From positions 5,410-69,409 of the forward strand of contig JBBRWM010000011.1 in the NCBI GenBank assembly GCA_038249195.1: DNA of 64,000 nucleotides, given 5' to 3'. The position numbers and the translations under genes were made by a program. The stretch's first letter is position 1; every line of letters starts with the position of its first letter. The notes below the pieces were generated by a model. The model was not told the DNA's origin. It saw only the letters and a list, made by a program, of their open reading frames with translations, and ran no database searches. The stretch comes from Actinomycetota bacterium (GTDB lineage: Bacteria; Actinomycetota; UBA4738; HRBIN12). Shown piece by piece: positions 33,909-43,285 of this stretch.

Positions 33909-34289
33909 GTGCGCTGGGTCGTGACGTTCGCATTCGTGCTAGGACTGCTTGCGACGCCCGTGGTGGCGCAGGCGCATCATCGGCCCACCAGCTATTGCAG
34001 TCCCACCGGCGACATCTGCCAGAGCACGACGAAGGTCCACGGGATCCGAACCCTGCGGATCTCGCTCGCCGCCCGCTACTTCGGGAGGTACCGCCTCTGC
34101 GTGACGGCGCCCGACGACACCACCGTGTGCAGGAGGTTCCGCGTCCACAGGCATGGCCCGATCTGGTCGTCATCGATCAAGTGGGCGGCGCAGTTCCCCC
34201 CGAGTGGCCACGGCAAGTACGAGGTGGCGTGGAGATCATTGCCGAGCAACGCCCGGGTGGGCAGGATCCTCGGCTTCCACGTCATCTGA
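33909..34289 (+). CDS. Small secreted hypothetical protein
   Basis: The GTG follows GGAGGTG. The signal peptide is (M)RWVVTFAFVLGLLATPVVAQA, and the mature part contains Cys. Confidence 0.55.
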   Translation: MRWVVTFAFVLGLLATPVVAQAHHRPTSYCSPTGDICQSTTKVHGIRTLRISLAARYFGRYRLCVTAPDDTTVCRRFRVHRHGPIWSSSIKWAAQFPPSGHGKYEVAWRSLPSNARVGRILGFHVI

Positions 34290-34354
34290 GGACCGGGTGG
34301 TGGCGGGGCTCTTGGTCCGATGACCGTGGCGACCGCCACTGGAAGGAGCGTCCC

Positions 34355-34807
34355 ATGAGCAAGAAGCCCAGGCCCATCCTCATGCCGAGTGAGGTCTCAA
34401 GCAGGGTTGGGTTCTTCGACCGATTCGCGGGACTGTCCGCCAAGCTCGCCAGTCGCGCCCCTTTCTTCGCCTTCTGCCTGCTGCTCGTCTTCCTGTGGCT
34501 GATCCAGGGCGTGGCCCTCATCGTCTCCAAGGGGACGCACGCGTTCCTCGACCCCCAGTATCAGCTGGAGATCAACACAACGACGACGATCGTGACGTTC
34601 CTGATGGTCGCCCTGCTGCAGAACAGCCAGACACGAACGGATCAGGCCACGCAACACAAGCTCAATGCCATCGCCGACGGTCTCGCCGACCTGATGAAGC
34701 ATCTGGCGGACGAGCACCCGGATTCCTCCCTCGACAAGGACATGAGGGAGCTGCGAACGTCGGTGGGCCTCGAGACCCGAGAGAGCACGTCCAAGCACAA
34801 CCGTTGA
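34355..34807 (+). CDS. Low-affinity iron permease family protein
   Basis: YQLEINTTTTIVTFLMVALLQNSQTRTDQATQHKLNAI is the family signature. SD GGAAGGAG. Confidence 0.75.
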   Translation: MSKKPRPILMPSEVSSRVGFFDRFAGLSAKLASRAPFFAFCLLLVFLWLIQGVALIVSKGTHAFLDPQYQLEINTTTTIVTFLMVALLQNSQTRTDQATQHKLNAIADGLADLMKHLADEHPDSSLDKDMRELRTSVGLETRESTSKHNR

Positions 34808-34869
34808 GCTCGGCGAGGGCGCGCGGCGGCCCTGCACGGCGGTCGCCCGGCGGGCGTTTGGGGGCCGGC

Positions 34870-35703
34870 CTAGGCCCTGACCGGATGGGCCATCGGCGGG
34901 ACGTCCGCGCGCCCCTTCGCGTGCTTGGCCTCGTACATGAGCTCATCGGCCTTTCCGACCAGGTCATCGATGGAGCCCACGGCGTGGTCGAGCTGGATGA
35001 TCCCCACGCTGAAGTCGACGCCGACGGGCACCAGCTCCGAGCGGACGCGCGAGACGACGGTCTCGGCTCCATCGCGATCGGTATGGGGCAGGAGCACCAC
35101 GAACTCGTCGCCGCCGATGCGCGCGACGAGGTCGGAAGGTCGCAATGACGTGCCGAGAGCGGAGGCCACCGACCGCAGCAACTGGTCACCGGCGGCGTGG
35201 CCACGTTCGTCGTTGATCCGCTTGAAGTTGTCCAGATCGAGATAGATGAGTGACAGCGGCCCTCCGTAGCGACGCGACGAGTACATCTCCCTCTGGGCCA
35301 CCTCCTCGAACCACCGGAAGTTCGCCACGCCCGTGAGCGGGTCGGTACGCGCGAGTGCTCGCTCCGTCTGGTGAGCGGTTCGGAGTCGCGACACGACGAT
35401 CACCACGACGACGAACACGCCCAGACGGGTCCCCGCGTTCCACACGGGGTACAGGCTGTGCGTCCCGCCGCTCGCGAGATCGCCGAGCAATCCCGCGGCC
35501 GCGCAGACGCCCGCCATCGCGAGGCCGTAGGCGCATCCCGCGTACGCGGTGGCGAGCAGAACGGGAGCGAGGTAGATGAGCGCGAAGCTGAGGTAGACGC
35601 CGGTGGCGAAGTCGATCCAGCCGATGGCGACCGCCATGACCAAGGCCACGCCGAGGATGGCGACCGGGGACCGCCGAGCGAAGGAACGATCGAGAGCGTT
35701 CAT
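34870..35703 (-). CDS. Membrane-anchored diguanylate cyclase (GGDEF)
   Basis: DPLTGVANFR, DLDNFKRINDERGHAAGD, and RIGGDEF, with an RPSD (RxxD I-site) 5 residues upstream. N-terminal hydrophobic helices. Confidence 0.9.
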   Translation of the reverse strand: MNALDRSFARRSPVAILGVALVMAVAIGWIDFATGVYLSFALIYLAPVLLATAYAGCAYGLAMAGVCAAAGLLGDLASGGTHSLYPVWNAGTRLGVFVVVVIVVSRLRTAHQTERALARTDPLTGVANFRWFEEVAQREMYSSRRYGGPLSLIYLDLDNFKRINDERGHAAGDQLLRSVASALGTSLRPSDLVARIGGDEFVVLLPHTDRDGAETVVSRVRSELVPVGVDFSVGIIQLDHAVGSIDDLVGKADELMYEAKHAKGRADVPPMAHPVRA

Positions 35704-35825
35704 CTGCGTACTAGGCGCTATCGACGCGCTCCGGACCCTCCTTGACGGACGTTCCGGGCTCGACGCGGGCGGCTGGGTCGCGGTACGGTCCCCGCCTGAT
35801 CGCTGCCCGCAGGATGGAGGCCGCT

Positions 35826-36110
35826 ATGTACGGAACCGTGGCTCGCTCGCGAGTCAAGCCCGAGGATCGAGGGGCCTTGCGCAAGGTCTTCGAGCGGCAG
35901 AACACCGACGAGACGCCCGCGGGGTTCGTGGCCGCCTACACGCTCTTCGAGAACGACAGCGACGTCGCGTGGCTATTCGCCGTCTTCGAGGACCGGGCCA
36001 CGTACGACGCGAACGCCGACGACCCACGTCAGAACGAACGGTTCATGGAGTATCGCGCGCTCATGGAAGAGGACCCTGAGTGGCACGACGGGGAGATCGA
36101 GGGCATGTAG
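35826..36110 (+). CDS. Small ABM-like (antibiotic-biosynthesis-monooxygenase fold) protein
   Basis: MYGTVARSRVKPEDRGALRKVFE..AWLFAVFEDRATYDANADDP.. The family call is weak. Confidence 0.5.
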   Translation: MYGTVARSRVKPEDRGALRKVFERQNTDETPAGFVAAYTLFENDSDVAWLFAVFEDRATYDANADDPRQNERFMEYRALMEEDPEWHDGEIEGM

Positions 36111-36195
36111 CGCGCCCCGAGCCTGCCGCCCGGGGCCCGTTGATCGGCCCGGGTGGCGAGCTCACGGCCTCAGGCGTGCGCCCATACTGGCGGGC

Positions 36196-36624
36196 ATGTC
36201 CGGTCCGCTTCGCATCACCCGCTCCGTAGTCGTCCCCGAACGAGAGCTGCGGTGGCGGTTCAGTCGATCTTCGGGGCCCGGCGGGCAGTCTGTGAACACG
36301 GCCGACTCGCGCGTGGAGCTCAGCCTCGACCTCGCGACGACGACGGCGCTGGGTCCGACGCAGCGCGCCCGAGCGATGGATCGCCTGGCCGGCAGGCTGG
36401 TCGACGGGGTGCTCACGGTCACCGCCTCCGAGCATCGCTCGCAGCTGCGCAACCGCGAGGCCGCGCGGGAACGGCTCGCCGCGACGATCGCCTCGGCCCT
36501 GGCGCCGCCCCTGCCGAAACGACGGCCCACGCGTGCGAGCAAGGGTTCGGTGCAGCGTCGCCTCGATGCGAAGCGGCGTCGCGCACGAACGAAGAGCCTG
36601 CGTCGAGTGGACGACCCCGATTGA
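36196..36624 (+). CDS. arfB: Alternative ribosome-rescue factor ArfB (peptidyl-tRNA hydrolase)
   Basis: SGPGGQSVNT (GGQ motif) and a basic C-terminal tail KRRPTRASKGSVQRRLDAKRRRARTK. Confidence 0.85.
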   Translation: MSGPLRITRSVVVPERELRWRFSRSSGPGGQSVNTADSRVELSLDLATTTALGPTQRARAMDRLAGRLVDGVLTVTASEHRSQLRNREAARERLAATIASALAPPLPKRRPTRASKGSVQRRLDAKRRRARTKSLRRVDDPD

Positions 36625-36769
36625 ATCAGCGGACCGGCTCCGCGACCGAGGAGAAAGGGCCCGCCTGCAGCGGCTGACCCGCAACGTGTTGCACCGGATG
36701 CTGCGCGGCTGAGGGCCGCACCCTCGTCGAAGGCGGGCGGTCCTCGTTCGGCTCACGTGGAGGGCCTCG

Positions 36770-37390
36770 ATGGCCGATACTGCTCCCATGGAACGACGGG
36801 TCGGCCTCCTGCTCGCGCTCTGCGCCACGCTGTTCGTCATCCCCGCTCCGGCCTCCGCGAGCCTCACGTTCGCCTCCGCGACCCGAGCGGGCGCCGCCGC
36901 GGCGCCCGAGTACCAACCTGACGCGCGGATCAAGCTCTGCGGGCTCAGCACCGGCTGCACGATCGATCCGCTGCCGCACCCGTGGCACGGGAACGACGTC
37001 TACAACACGACCGGTGCCAAGCAGAAGGTGAGCGTGCGCATCGACGACGGCGAGGGCGTCCGTTTCTGGATCCTGCTGCAGAACGACGGAACGCTCGCCG
37101 ACACGTTCACGCTGCACGGCTGCAAGGGCAACCCGCGTTTCCGCATCAACGCCGTGATGATCGGAAAGCACAAGGTGCCCGACTGGCGCGCCAAGAACAT
37201 CACCAAGGGATTCACGCGAGGAACGTACACGTGGGCCGCCCCCGGGTCGGACACGAAGAAGAACCTCGTGCTCACGCTGAACATCGTGACGAAGACGCCC
37301 GGCCTGCGGTATCGGTGCCCGATCACGGTGGTCTCGGGGGGTCCGAGCCCGGTGAAGGACACCGTGGTCGCCGTGATGACCACCTACTGA
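36770..37390 (+). CDS. Secreted hypothetical protein
   Basis: SD GGAGGG, the signal peptide ..RRVGLLLALCATLFVIPAPASA, and a beta-rich Cys-containing body. Confidence 0.6.
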   Translation: MADTAPMERRVGLLLALCATLFVIPAPASASLTFASATRAGAAAAPEYQPDARIKLCGLSTGCTIDPLPHPWHGNDVYNTTGAKQKVSVRIDDGEGVRFWILLQNDGTLADTFTLHGCKGNPRFRINAVMIGKHKVPDWRAKNITKGFTRGTYTWAAPGSDTKKNLVLTLNIVTKTPGLRYRCPITVVSGGPSPVKDTVVAVMTTY

Positions 37391-37391
37391 G

Positions 37392-37844
37392 ATGACACCG
37401 TTGCGGTCCGGCGCCGTCGCCCCCGCGGTTCCCGGCGTAGCGTTCGGCGAGGGCCCGGTTGGCCTCTTCTTCTTCAAGGTCACGTGTCCCACGTGCCAAC
37501 TGGCGGCGCCCACGATGCGCGCATTCGAGCGTGCCTTCCCGGGGCGTGTGATCGCCGTCGGGCAGGATCGCTCATCGGATCTGGAAGATTTCCGGCGGAC
37601 GTACGGGATGGAGATCCGCGCCGTTGAGGACGCGCCCCCCTACGTGGTGTCCGACGCTTACGGGATCGTGTCCGTGCCGACCCTGTTCTTGATCGGCGAG
37701 GACGGGATCGTCCTGAGATCCGTGGGCTCCTGGGACCGCACGGGATTCAACCTGGTGGCGGAGACGATGGGAGAGCTCGTGGGCTCGGCAGCGCCCGTCA
37801 TCTCGACTCCGGACGACGGTCTCCCGGCTTTCAAGCCCGGCTGA
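37392..37844 (+). CDS. Thioredoxin-like (TlpA/redoxin) protein
   Basis: FFFKVTCPTCQ (CxxC) and SVPTLFLIGEDG. It starts 1 nt after the previous stop. Confidence 0.7.
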   Translation: MTPLRSGAVAPAVPGVAFGEGPVGLFFFKVTCPTCQLAAPTMRAFERAFPGRVIAVGQDRSSDLEDFRRTYGMEIRAVEDAPPYVVSDAYGIVSVPTLFLIGEDGIVLRSVGSWDRTGFNLVAETMGELVGSAAPVISTPDDGLPAFKPG

Positions 37845-37887
37845 GGCGGGCGCAACGCGCATCCGGTCTGAGTGCGAACGAGGGGGC

Positions 37888-39306
37888 ATGGACGAGTCGT
37901 TGTGCTTCATGACGGCCACGGAGCTCGCGCGCCGGATCCACGGGGGCGAGCTGTCCGCCCGCGAGGTCCTCGCCGCCCACCTCGAACAGATCGAACGTTT
38001 CAACGAGGCGGTGAACGCGATCGTGACGCTGTTGCCCGAGCGCGCGGAGGCCGCGGCGCGTGCGGCCGACGACGCGTTCGCCCGCGGTCTGGCGGTGGGT
38101 CCGCTCCACGGGCTTCCCATCGCTCACAAGGACCTCGCGCTCACCGCCGGGATACGCACCACGATGGGGTCGCCGATCTTCGTCGATCACGTGCCCGAGG
38201 AGGATGCCCTCTTCGTCGAGCGGACCCGTTCCTCCGGGGCCATCGTGGTGGGCAAGACGAACACGCCGGAGTTCGGGGCCGGCTCGCATACGTTCAACCC
38301 CGTCTTCGGGCTGACGCGGAACCCGTACGACCTCGGCAGATCGGCAGGCGGGTCCTCCGGTGGGGCCGCCGCCGCGTTGGCGTGCGGTCTCGTTCCCCTC
38401 GCCGACGGCAGCGACCTCGGCGGCTCGCTGCGGAACCCCGCCAGCTTCTGCAACGTGGTGGGGTTCCGCCCGTCACCGGGCCGGGTGCCGGTGTGGCCGG
38501 CCGAAGACCCCGGCGATCTCCTCGGCGTCGAGGGGCCGATGGCGCGCACGGTTGCCGACGCGGCGCTGCTCCTGTCCGTCATGGCGGGCCCCGATCCGCG
38601 CGTGCCGATCTCGCTTCCCGAGCCGGGTTCCCTCTTCGCGCCGCCGCTCCGGCAGGGAGACCGGGGCGTGATCGCGTGGGCGCCCGGGGCCGGAGCAACG
38701 ATGCCCGTCGACCACGAGATCGAACCCATCCTCGAGGGGCAACGCGAGGTGTTCGAGGCCTTGGGTTGGCGTACCGAGCGCGCCTTCCCGGATCTGTCCG
38801 ACGCGCGCCGCGTGTTCCTCGTGAAGCGGGCGCTCGCGTATCGGGCGCTGGGGCCGCTGATGGACGAGCATCCCGGACAGATGAAGGCGACGGTGGTGTG
38901 GAACATCGAAGAAGGCCGCCGTCTCACCGCGGGGGACCTCGCCGAAGCCGAGCGGCTGCACGCCGGTATCCGATCGCGTATCGCGGTCTTCTTCGAACGC
39001 TTCGACGTCTTGGTCATGCCGGCGGCGCAGGTCCTGCCCTTCGACGCGGAGGTCGAGTACCCCACCGAGATCGACGGCCATCCCATGCAGACCTACGTGG
39101 ACTGGATGGAATGCTGCTGGTGCATCACCGTGACCGGGTCGCCGGCCATCTCGATCCCGTGCGGGTTCACGGCCGCTGGGCTTCCCGTGGGCGTGCAGAT
39201 CGTGGGGCGGCCCGGAGAGGATCTGCGCGTGCTGCAGCTGGCGGAGGCATTCGAGGCCGCGACCGGCGTGGGAGCGCGCCGCCCGCCGCTGGTCTCCTCC
39301 GGCTAG
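37888..39306 (+). CDS. Amidase (amidase-signature family)
   Basis: GLPIAHKDL, GGSSGGAAAALA and DLGGSLRNPASFC. Confidence 0.9.
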   Translation: MDESLCFMTATELARRIHGGELSAREVLAAHLEQIERFNEAVNAIVTLLPERAEAAARAADDAFARGLAVGPLHGLPIAHKDLALTAGIRTTMGSPIFVDHVPEEDALFVERTRSSGAIVVGKTNTPEFGAGSHTFNPVFGLTRNPYDLGRSAGGSSGGAAAALACGLVPLADGSDLGGSLRNPASFCNVVGFRPSPGRVPVWPAEDPGDLLGVEGPMARTVADAALLLSVMAGPDPRVPISLPEPGSLFAPPLRQGDRGVIAWAPGAGATMPVDHEIEPILEGQREVFEALGWRTERAFPDLSDARRVFLVKRALAYRALGPLMDEHPGQMKATVVWNIEEGRRLTAGDLAEAERLHAGIRSRIAVFFERFDVLVMPAAQVLPFDAEVEYPTEIDGHPMQTYVDWMECCWCITVTGSPAISIPCGFTAAGLPVGVQIVGRPGEDLRVLQLAEAFEAATGVGARRPPLVSSG

Positions 39307-39319
39307 GCCGAGGCCGCTC

Positions 39320-40303
39320 CTAGGGGTGGGCGAGGCGGGAGAGCAGCTCGTCGCGGATCGAGGCCCGTGTGCCGAAGACCAGCAGGAACAAGGCCTCGCG
39401 TGCGAGCCGCTGCGCGTGATGGTCCCGCAGGATCCCGCGGCCGCCCTCCGTGACCGTCAACGCGCCCGCGGCCCGCAGGGCGAGCTCCGCGACGCGGGCG
39501 CGTGCCGCGGGGAGGGAGTCGGGTCCACCCGCGTCGAGCTCCGCGCGCACCTCTGTCAGCTCGTGGTCGAGCGCGGACGGACCGATGAGCGCGCAGCAAC
39601 GCGAGATCACCCCGAGGGCGAGCGAACCGTTCGTCCGTAACCCTTCGGGGTCGCGCGCGAGCACGGCGTCGAGGGGCTCGGTCTCGACGATGCGCGCAAG
39701 GGGTACGGGATGATCCTGGAACCGCAGGGTCACGGTGCCGCTCGCGTCGGCCGCCACGGTGCGTTGCCGCACCACATCGATCGTGGCCGCCTGCTCGGCG
39801 TCCATCAGCACGCGCACCACCTCGTCTCCGTCGCGCGCTGCCACGAGCACGACGTCGATCAAGCCCCAACCCGTGACCCAAGGGGCCTCGCCGTTCAACA
39901 CGAGGCCGCCCCCGGTGCGCTCGGCCGTGAGCACGGGCGGGCCGGCGCGTTCGCCCGCCCGCGCGATCCCCGCACGGACCACACCCCGGGTGAGCGGCTC
40001 GAGCCACGCGTCGCGGACCTCCGGCGGAGCCGTCGCCACCGCGCGCACGGGGTTGTGGTGCTGGATCCACACGAAGGTGGTGCTGAGGCAGCCGGACGCG
40101 AGCGCCTCGATCACCTCGTTCGCCGAGGCGCGGCCGAGTTCGAGCCCTCCGACATCGCGCGGCGCGGCCATCCCGTAGAGCCCCGCCTCAGCAAGGGCGT
40201 CGAGGTTCCCGACCGGGACGAGATCCGCAGCGTCGGTCGACAGCGCCGCCGGGAAGAGCAGCTCATCTGCGAGCCTGCGCGCACGGTCCGAAGCGGTGGT
40301 CAC
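39320..40303 (-). CDS. Acyl-CoA dehydrogenase family protein
   Basis: The domain order is typical of ACADs (LAEAGLYGM.., NGEAPWVTGWG, a C-terminal helical domain). The GTG start at 40303 is inferred; the track start is 40339. Confidence 0.7.
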   Translation of the reverse strand: MTTASDRARRLADELLFPAALSTDAADLVPVGNLDALAEAGLYGMAAPRDVGGLELGRASANEVIEALASGCLSTTFVWIQHHNPVRAVATAPPEVRDAWLEPLTRGVVRAGIARAGERAGPPVLTAERTGGGLVLNGEAPWVTGWGLIDVVLVAARDGDEVVRVLMDAEQAATIDVVRQRTVAADASGTVTLRFQDHPVPLARIVETEPLDAVLARDPEGLRTNGSLALGVISRCCALIGPSALDHELTEVRAELDAGGPDSLPAARARVAELALRAAGALTVTEGGRGILRDHHAQRLAREALFLLVFGTRASIRDELLSRLAHP

Positions 40304-40387
40304 GTCGGGACGGTAGCGAGGGCAACGAGCGAACGGCAACGAGCCGCCGCCGGGACCGGGGCGCGACGCGGGTAGGCTTCACCCCCC

Positions 40388-40936
40388 ATGCACCCCGACC
40401 CCGAGCCGAACGCGATCACGACGGAGCGCCCGACCCTGCATCGCTCCGTCGCCGAAGACGCCGAGGACATCTCGTCCTACCGAAGCGACCCCGACGTCCA
40501 CCGGTACCAGGGTTGGGAGCGCACCGATCCCGATGGCATCCGCACGGAGATCGTGGAGATGGCCGAGCGCGCTCCCGGCGAGCTCGGCGGATGGGTCCAG
40601 TTCTCGGTGCGGGAACGCGAGAAGGGCACGCTGGTGGGCGACGTTGGCCTGAGTCCCGCCGACGAACCGGACGTGATCAAGGTGGGCTACACGATGGCGC
40701 CGGCGTTCCAGGGGCGTGGATACGCCACCGAGGCCGTGGCCGCGCTGGTCGGCTACGCGTTCGGGACGCTCGAGGCCGACGTGGTGCGCGCCTACGCCAG
40801 CGTGGAGAACGTCCCGTCGATCCGCGTGGCCGAGAAGGTCGGGATGAAGCTCGTCGAGCGGTTCGAACACGTCTACGGCGACGAGGTTTGGCACGGCGTG
40901 CGCTACGAGATCCGCCGCGAGGACTTCCGGGCCTGA
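40388..40936 (+). CDS. GNAT family N-acetyltransferase (RimJ/RimL-like)
   Basis: VGDVGL..., FQGRGYATEAVAALVGYAF, and NVPSIRVAEKVGM. Confidence 0.85.
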   Translation: MHPDPEPNAITTERPTLHRSVAEDAEDISSYRSDPDVHRYQGWERTDPDGIRTEIVEMAERAPGELGGWVQFSVREREKGTLVGDVGLSPADEPDVIKVGYTMAPAFQGRGYATEAVAALVGYAFGTLEADVVRAYASVENVPSIRVAEKVGMKLVERFEHVYGDEVWHGVRYEIRREDFRA

Positions 40937-40941
40937 GGTCG

Positions 40942-41568
40942 CTATCGAGTCTGCGTGCTCACGCGGGCATCGTCGACGGCCGCGACGAGATCGCCGGCCC
41001 GCTTGCGCAGGGAGGCGCACGTCTGCACGAGCTCCGTCCTGCGCTCGGTCTCGCCGATCGCGAACGCGTTGATCTCGATGTCGGCGAGCGCCGCTAACGT
41101 CGCCGCCTGGAGGGACGCCGCCGCGCTCAAGCCGTCGGCGGCCGTGTTGGCGTCACCGAGGCGCGTGACCTCCTCCGCCAGGCCCAGCAGATAGACGGAA
41201 CGGCGTGCGATCTGGAGCTGGCCATCGATGGTCGCCTCCAACGCGTCGCGGAGCCGCACGAGACGCGCCGTCCGGGCGTCGTCGGGATCGGCCCGCGTCC
41301 GGAGGATCCCGAGGAACGACGCGTAGGCTTCCGCGTTCGTGTCGGCGAGCTGCAGGAAACTCCCTCGCCCCACGTCCGCTTCGTCCTGGATCTCCAGCAT
41401 CCGGGCCCCGCCGGGTTGGGTCCCCAGCCGCTTCAACGTCCGGCGTGCGACCGCGCCCACGAGCGCCGCCCCCGCGGCGCCGGCGAGGGCCGCGAAGACC
41501 TCGCTGGCCGGCGCCACGAGATCCGAGGCCAGAGCATCCAGCCACAAGTCGATCGGTTCTCCCACCAT
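40942..41568 (-). CDS. Cyclodeaminase/cyclohydrolase (FTCD C-terminal-like) family protein
   Basis: All-helical. ALASDLVAPASEVFAALAGAAGAALVGAVARRT resembles the family N-terminus. Confidence 0.6.
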   Translation of the reverse strand: MVGEPIDLWLDALASDLVAPASEVFAALAGAAGAALVGAVARRTLKRLGTQPGGARMLEIQDEADVGRGSFLQLADTNAEAYASFLGILRTRADPDDARTARLVRLRDALEATIDGQLQIARRSVYLLGLAEEVTRLGDANTAADGLSAAASLQAATLAALADIEINAFAIGETERRTELVQTCASLRKRAGDLVAAVDDARVSTQTR

Positions 41569-41662
41569 CACGTGCCGCGTCGTCACGCGGCCAGCGTCCA
41601 CTGGGCGCATGCCCCCGTCAAGCAGGCCGGCGTGGGCTCATCCGCCCGACCATGTATACGCG

Positions 41663-42805
41663 TCACACGAGAGCGGCGCCGGTCTCGGGGGCGATCCGTA
41701 CGACCGAACGGACGACTTCCCCCGCGAGCATGGCCCGCACGCCCTCGGCCAGGTCGTCGTCGGTGAGGCGGAGCTCCCGCGTCACCATCGCGTCCAGGTC
41801 GAGGCGGCCGTCCAGGGACCATCCCAGCCACGTGGTGAAGTCCTCGACCAGGGGATCGCCGCCGTCGGTGACGCGAAGCTCGATCTTGTTCGGGTACGCG
41901 GCGCGGTCGCCCCCGCTCCAGTTCAGCGTGACCTCGCTCGAGGGCGGCGGCACCCCTATGGCGACGGCGATGCCGCCACGGGCGAGCATCGAGACGGCCT
42001 GGCTCACCACCGCCGGCGCCCCCGTGGCCTCGAAGGCGTGATCGACGCCCTCGCCGTCGGTCAGCTCACGAACCGCCGATACGGGATCCGTCGCCGACGC
42101 GTCGACCACGTCGGCGGCGCCCAAGCCGAGCGCCGCATCGAGCTTGCCCCGCACAAGGTCGACCGCGATCGCACGCCTGGCGCCGCAGACCAGCGAGCCC
42201 TGCAACGCCGCGAGGCCGATCCCGCCGAGGCCGATGACGGCAACGGTCGACCCGGCTCGGACCTGCGCGGTGTTCACGGCCGCGCCCACGCCGGTGGAGA
42301 CTCCGCACCCGAGCAGACACACGCGGGCGAGGTCGGCCTCGCGCGGGACCGGGATCGCCTGCGCTTCGTGCACCACCGTGTGCGTGGCCAGCGTTCCAAG
42401 CGAGAGCGTCCCGGCCAGGGGTTCGCCGCCGGCCGCGAGGCGCAACCGTGGCGGCTGGACCCAGGCGTGGTCGCACTTGCGTGGCCTGCCGGAGCGGCAC
42501 GGGCGACAGCGCCCGCACGGCACGGCCCAGGCCAAGACCACGCGGGTCCCCGGCGCGAGCCCCCGCACCCCAGGGCCCACCTGTTGCACCACGCCTGCGC
42601 CTTCGTGCCCGAGCAGCATCGGGAAGGGGGCGCCCCAGTTGCCGTGCTGGGTGGCCCAGTGGTCGCTGTGGCATATGCCGCTCGCCACCAAGCGCACGAG
42701 GGCCTCGCCGCGGCCCGGAGGGTCGAGCAGGAAGGGCTCCAGTCGGGGCGCTTGCCCACGGGCTCGGACCACGGCGCCCAGGCCCTCCACCTGCTCGGCG
42801 GCCAC
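41663..42805 (-). CDS. Zinc-dependent alcohol dehydrogenase (class III-like)
   Basis: GICHSDH, GHEGAGVV, the CGRCRPCRSG structural-zinc loop, and VIGLGGIGLAA. The GTG at 42805 follows GAGGGGAG. Confidence 0.85.
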   Translation of the reverse strand: MAAEQVEGLGAVVRARGQAPRLEPFLLDPPGRGEALVRLVASGICHSDHWATQHGNWGAPFPMLLGHEGAGVVQQVGPGVRGLAPGTRVVLAWAVPCGRCRPCRSGRPRKCDHAWVQPPRLRLAAGGEPLAGTLSLGTLATHTVVHEAQAIPVPREADLARVCLLGCGVSTGVGAAVNTAQVRAGSTVAVIGLGGIGLAALQGSLVCGARRAIAVDLVRGKLDAALGLGAADVVDASATDPVSAVRELTDGEGVDHAFEATGAPAVVSQAVSMLARGGIAVAIGVPPPSSEVTLNWSGGDRAAYPNKIELRVTDGGDPLVEDFTTWLGWSLDGRLDLDAMVTRELRLTDDDLAEGVRAMLAGEVVRSVVRIAPETGAALV

Positions 42806-42944
42806 GATGAGCTCCCCTCGTCTGCGCTGATGGCGACTGTAACAGCGGCGCCGGTGACGCCGAGACGGCGCCGGGCGAGACGAGCGAGGTTCGCCGGGCC
42901 GCGTTATCCTTCGCGCCACGCTTGACCCTGAGGAAGGAGCTGTC

Positions 42945-43196
42945 ATGGATGACGAGCTGATGGATGCCGCCGCCGGAGCCGCGGAGGACGCGGTGGAAAA
43001 GGCCGAGGTGGCCGACGCCCTGCACGCCGACGCCATGGACAAGGCCGAGGCCGCCGTGGAGCTCGAGGCGGCCGCCGAGGAGCTGGCGAGTGAGGCCGTG
43101 GTGGAGGAGACCGTGGCGGAGGATCTTGGGGCGACGGCGATAGGCGACGCGGAGGCCGCAACGATGTTGGCCGATGCCGCCGAGGACGACGCCTAA
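42945..43196 (+). CDS. Hyper-acidic Ala/Glu/Asp-rich small protein
   Basis: The ATG is preceded by GGAAGGAG. By hand count the 83 aa include 29 Ala, 27 Asp+Glu, 2 Lys and 0 Arg. Confidence 0.55.
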   Translation: MDDELMDAAAGAAEDAVEKAEVADALHADAMDKAEAAVELEAAAEELASEAVVEETVAEDLGATAIGDAEAATMLADAAEDDA

Positions 43197-43285
43197 GGGT
43201 CGGCCGTTTGGGGCTTCCTTTGCGGCCTGCCTAGGCCATAGGATGTCGGCCGATGGCCGTCCCCCGCGGCCGAGAGGTGGCATCC

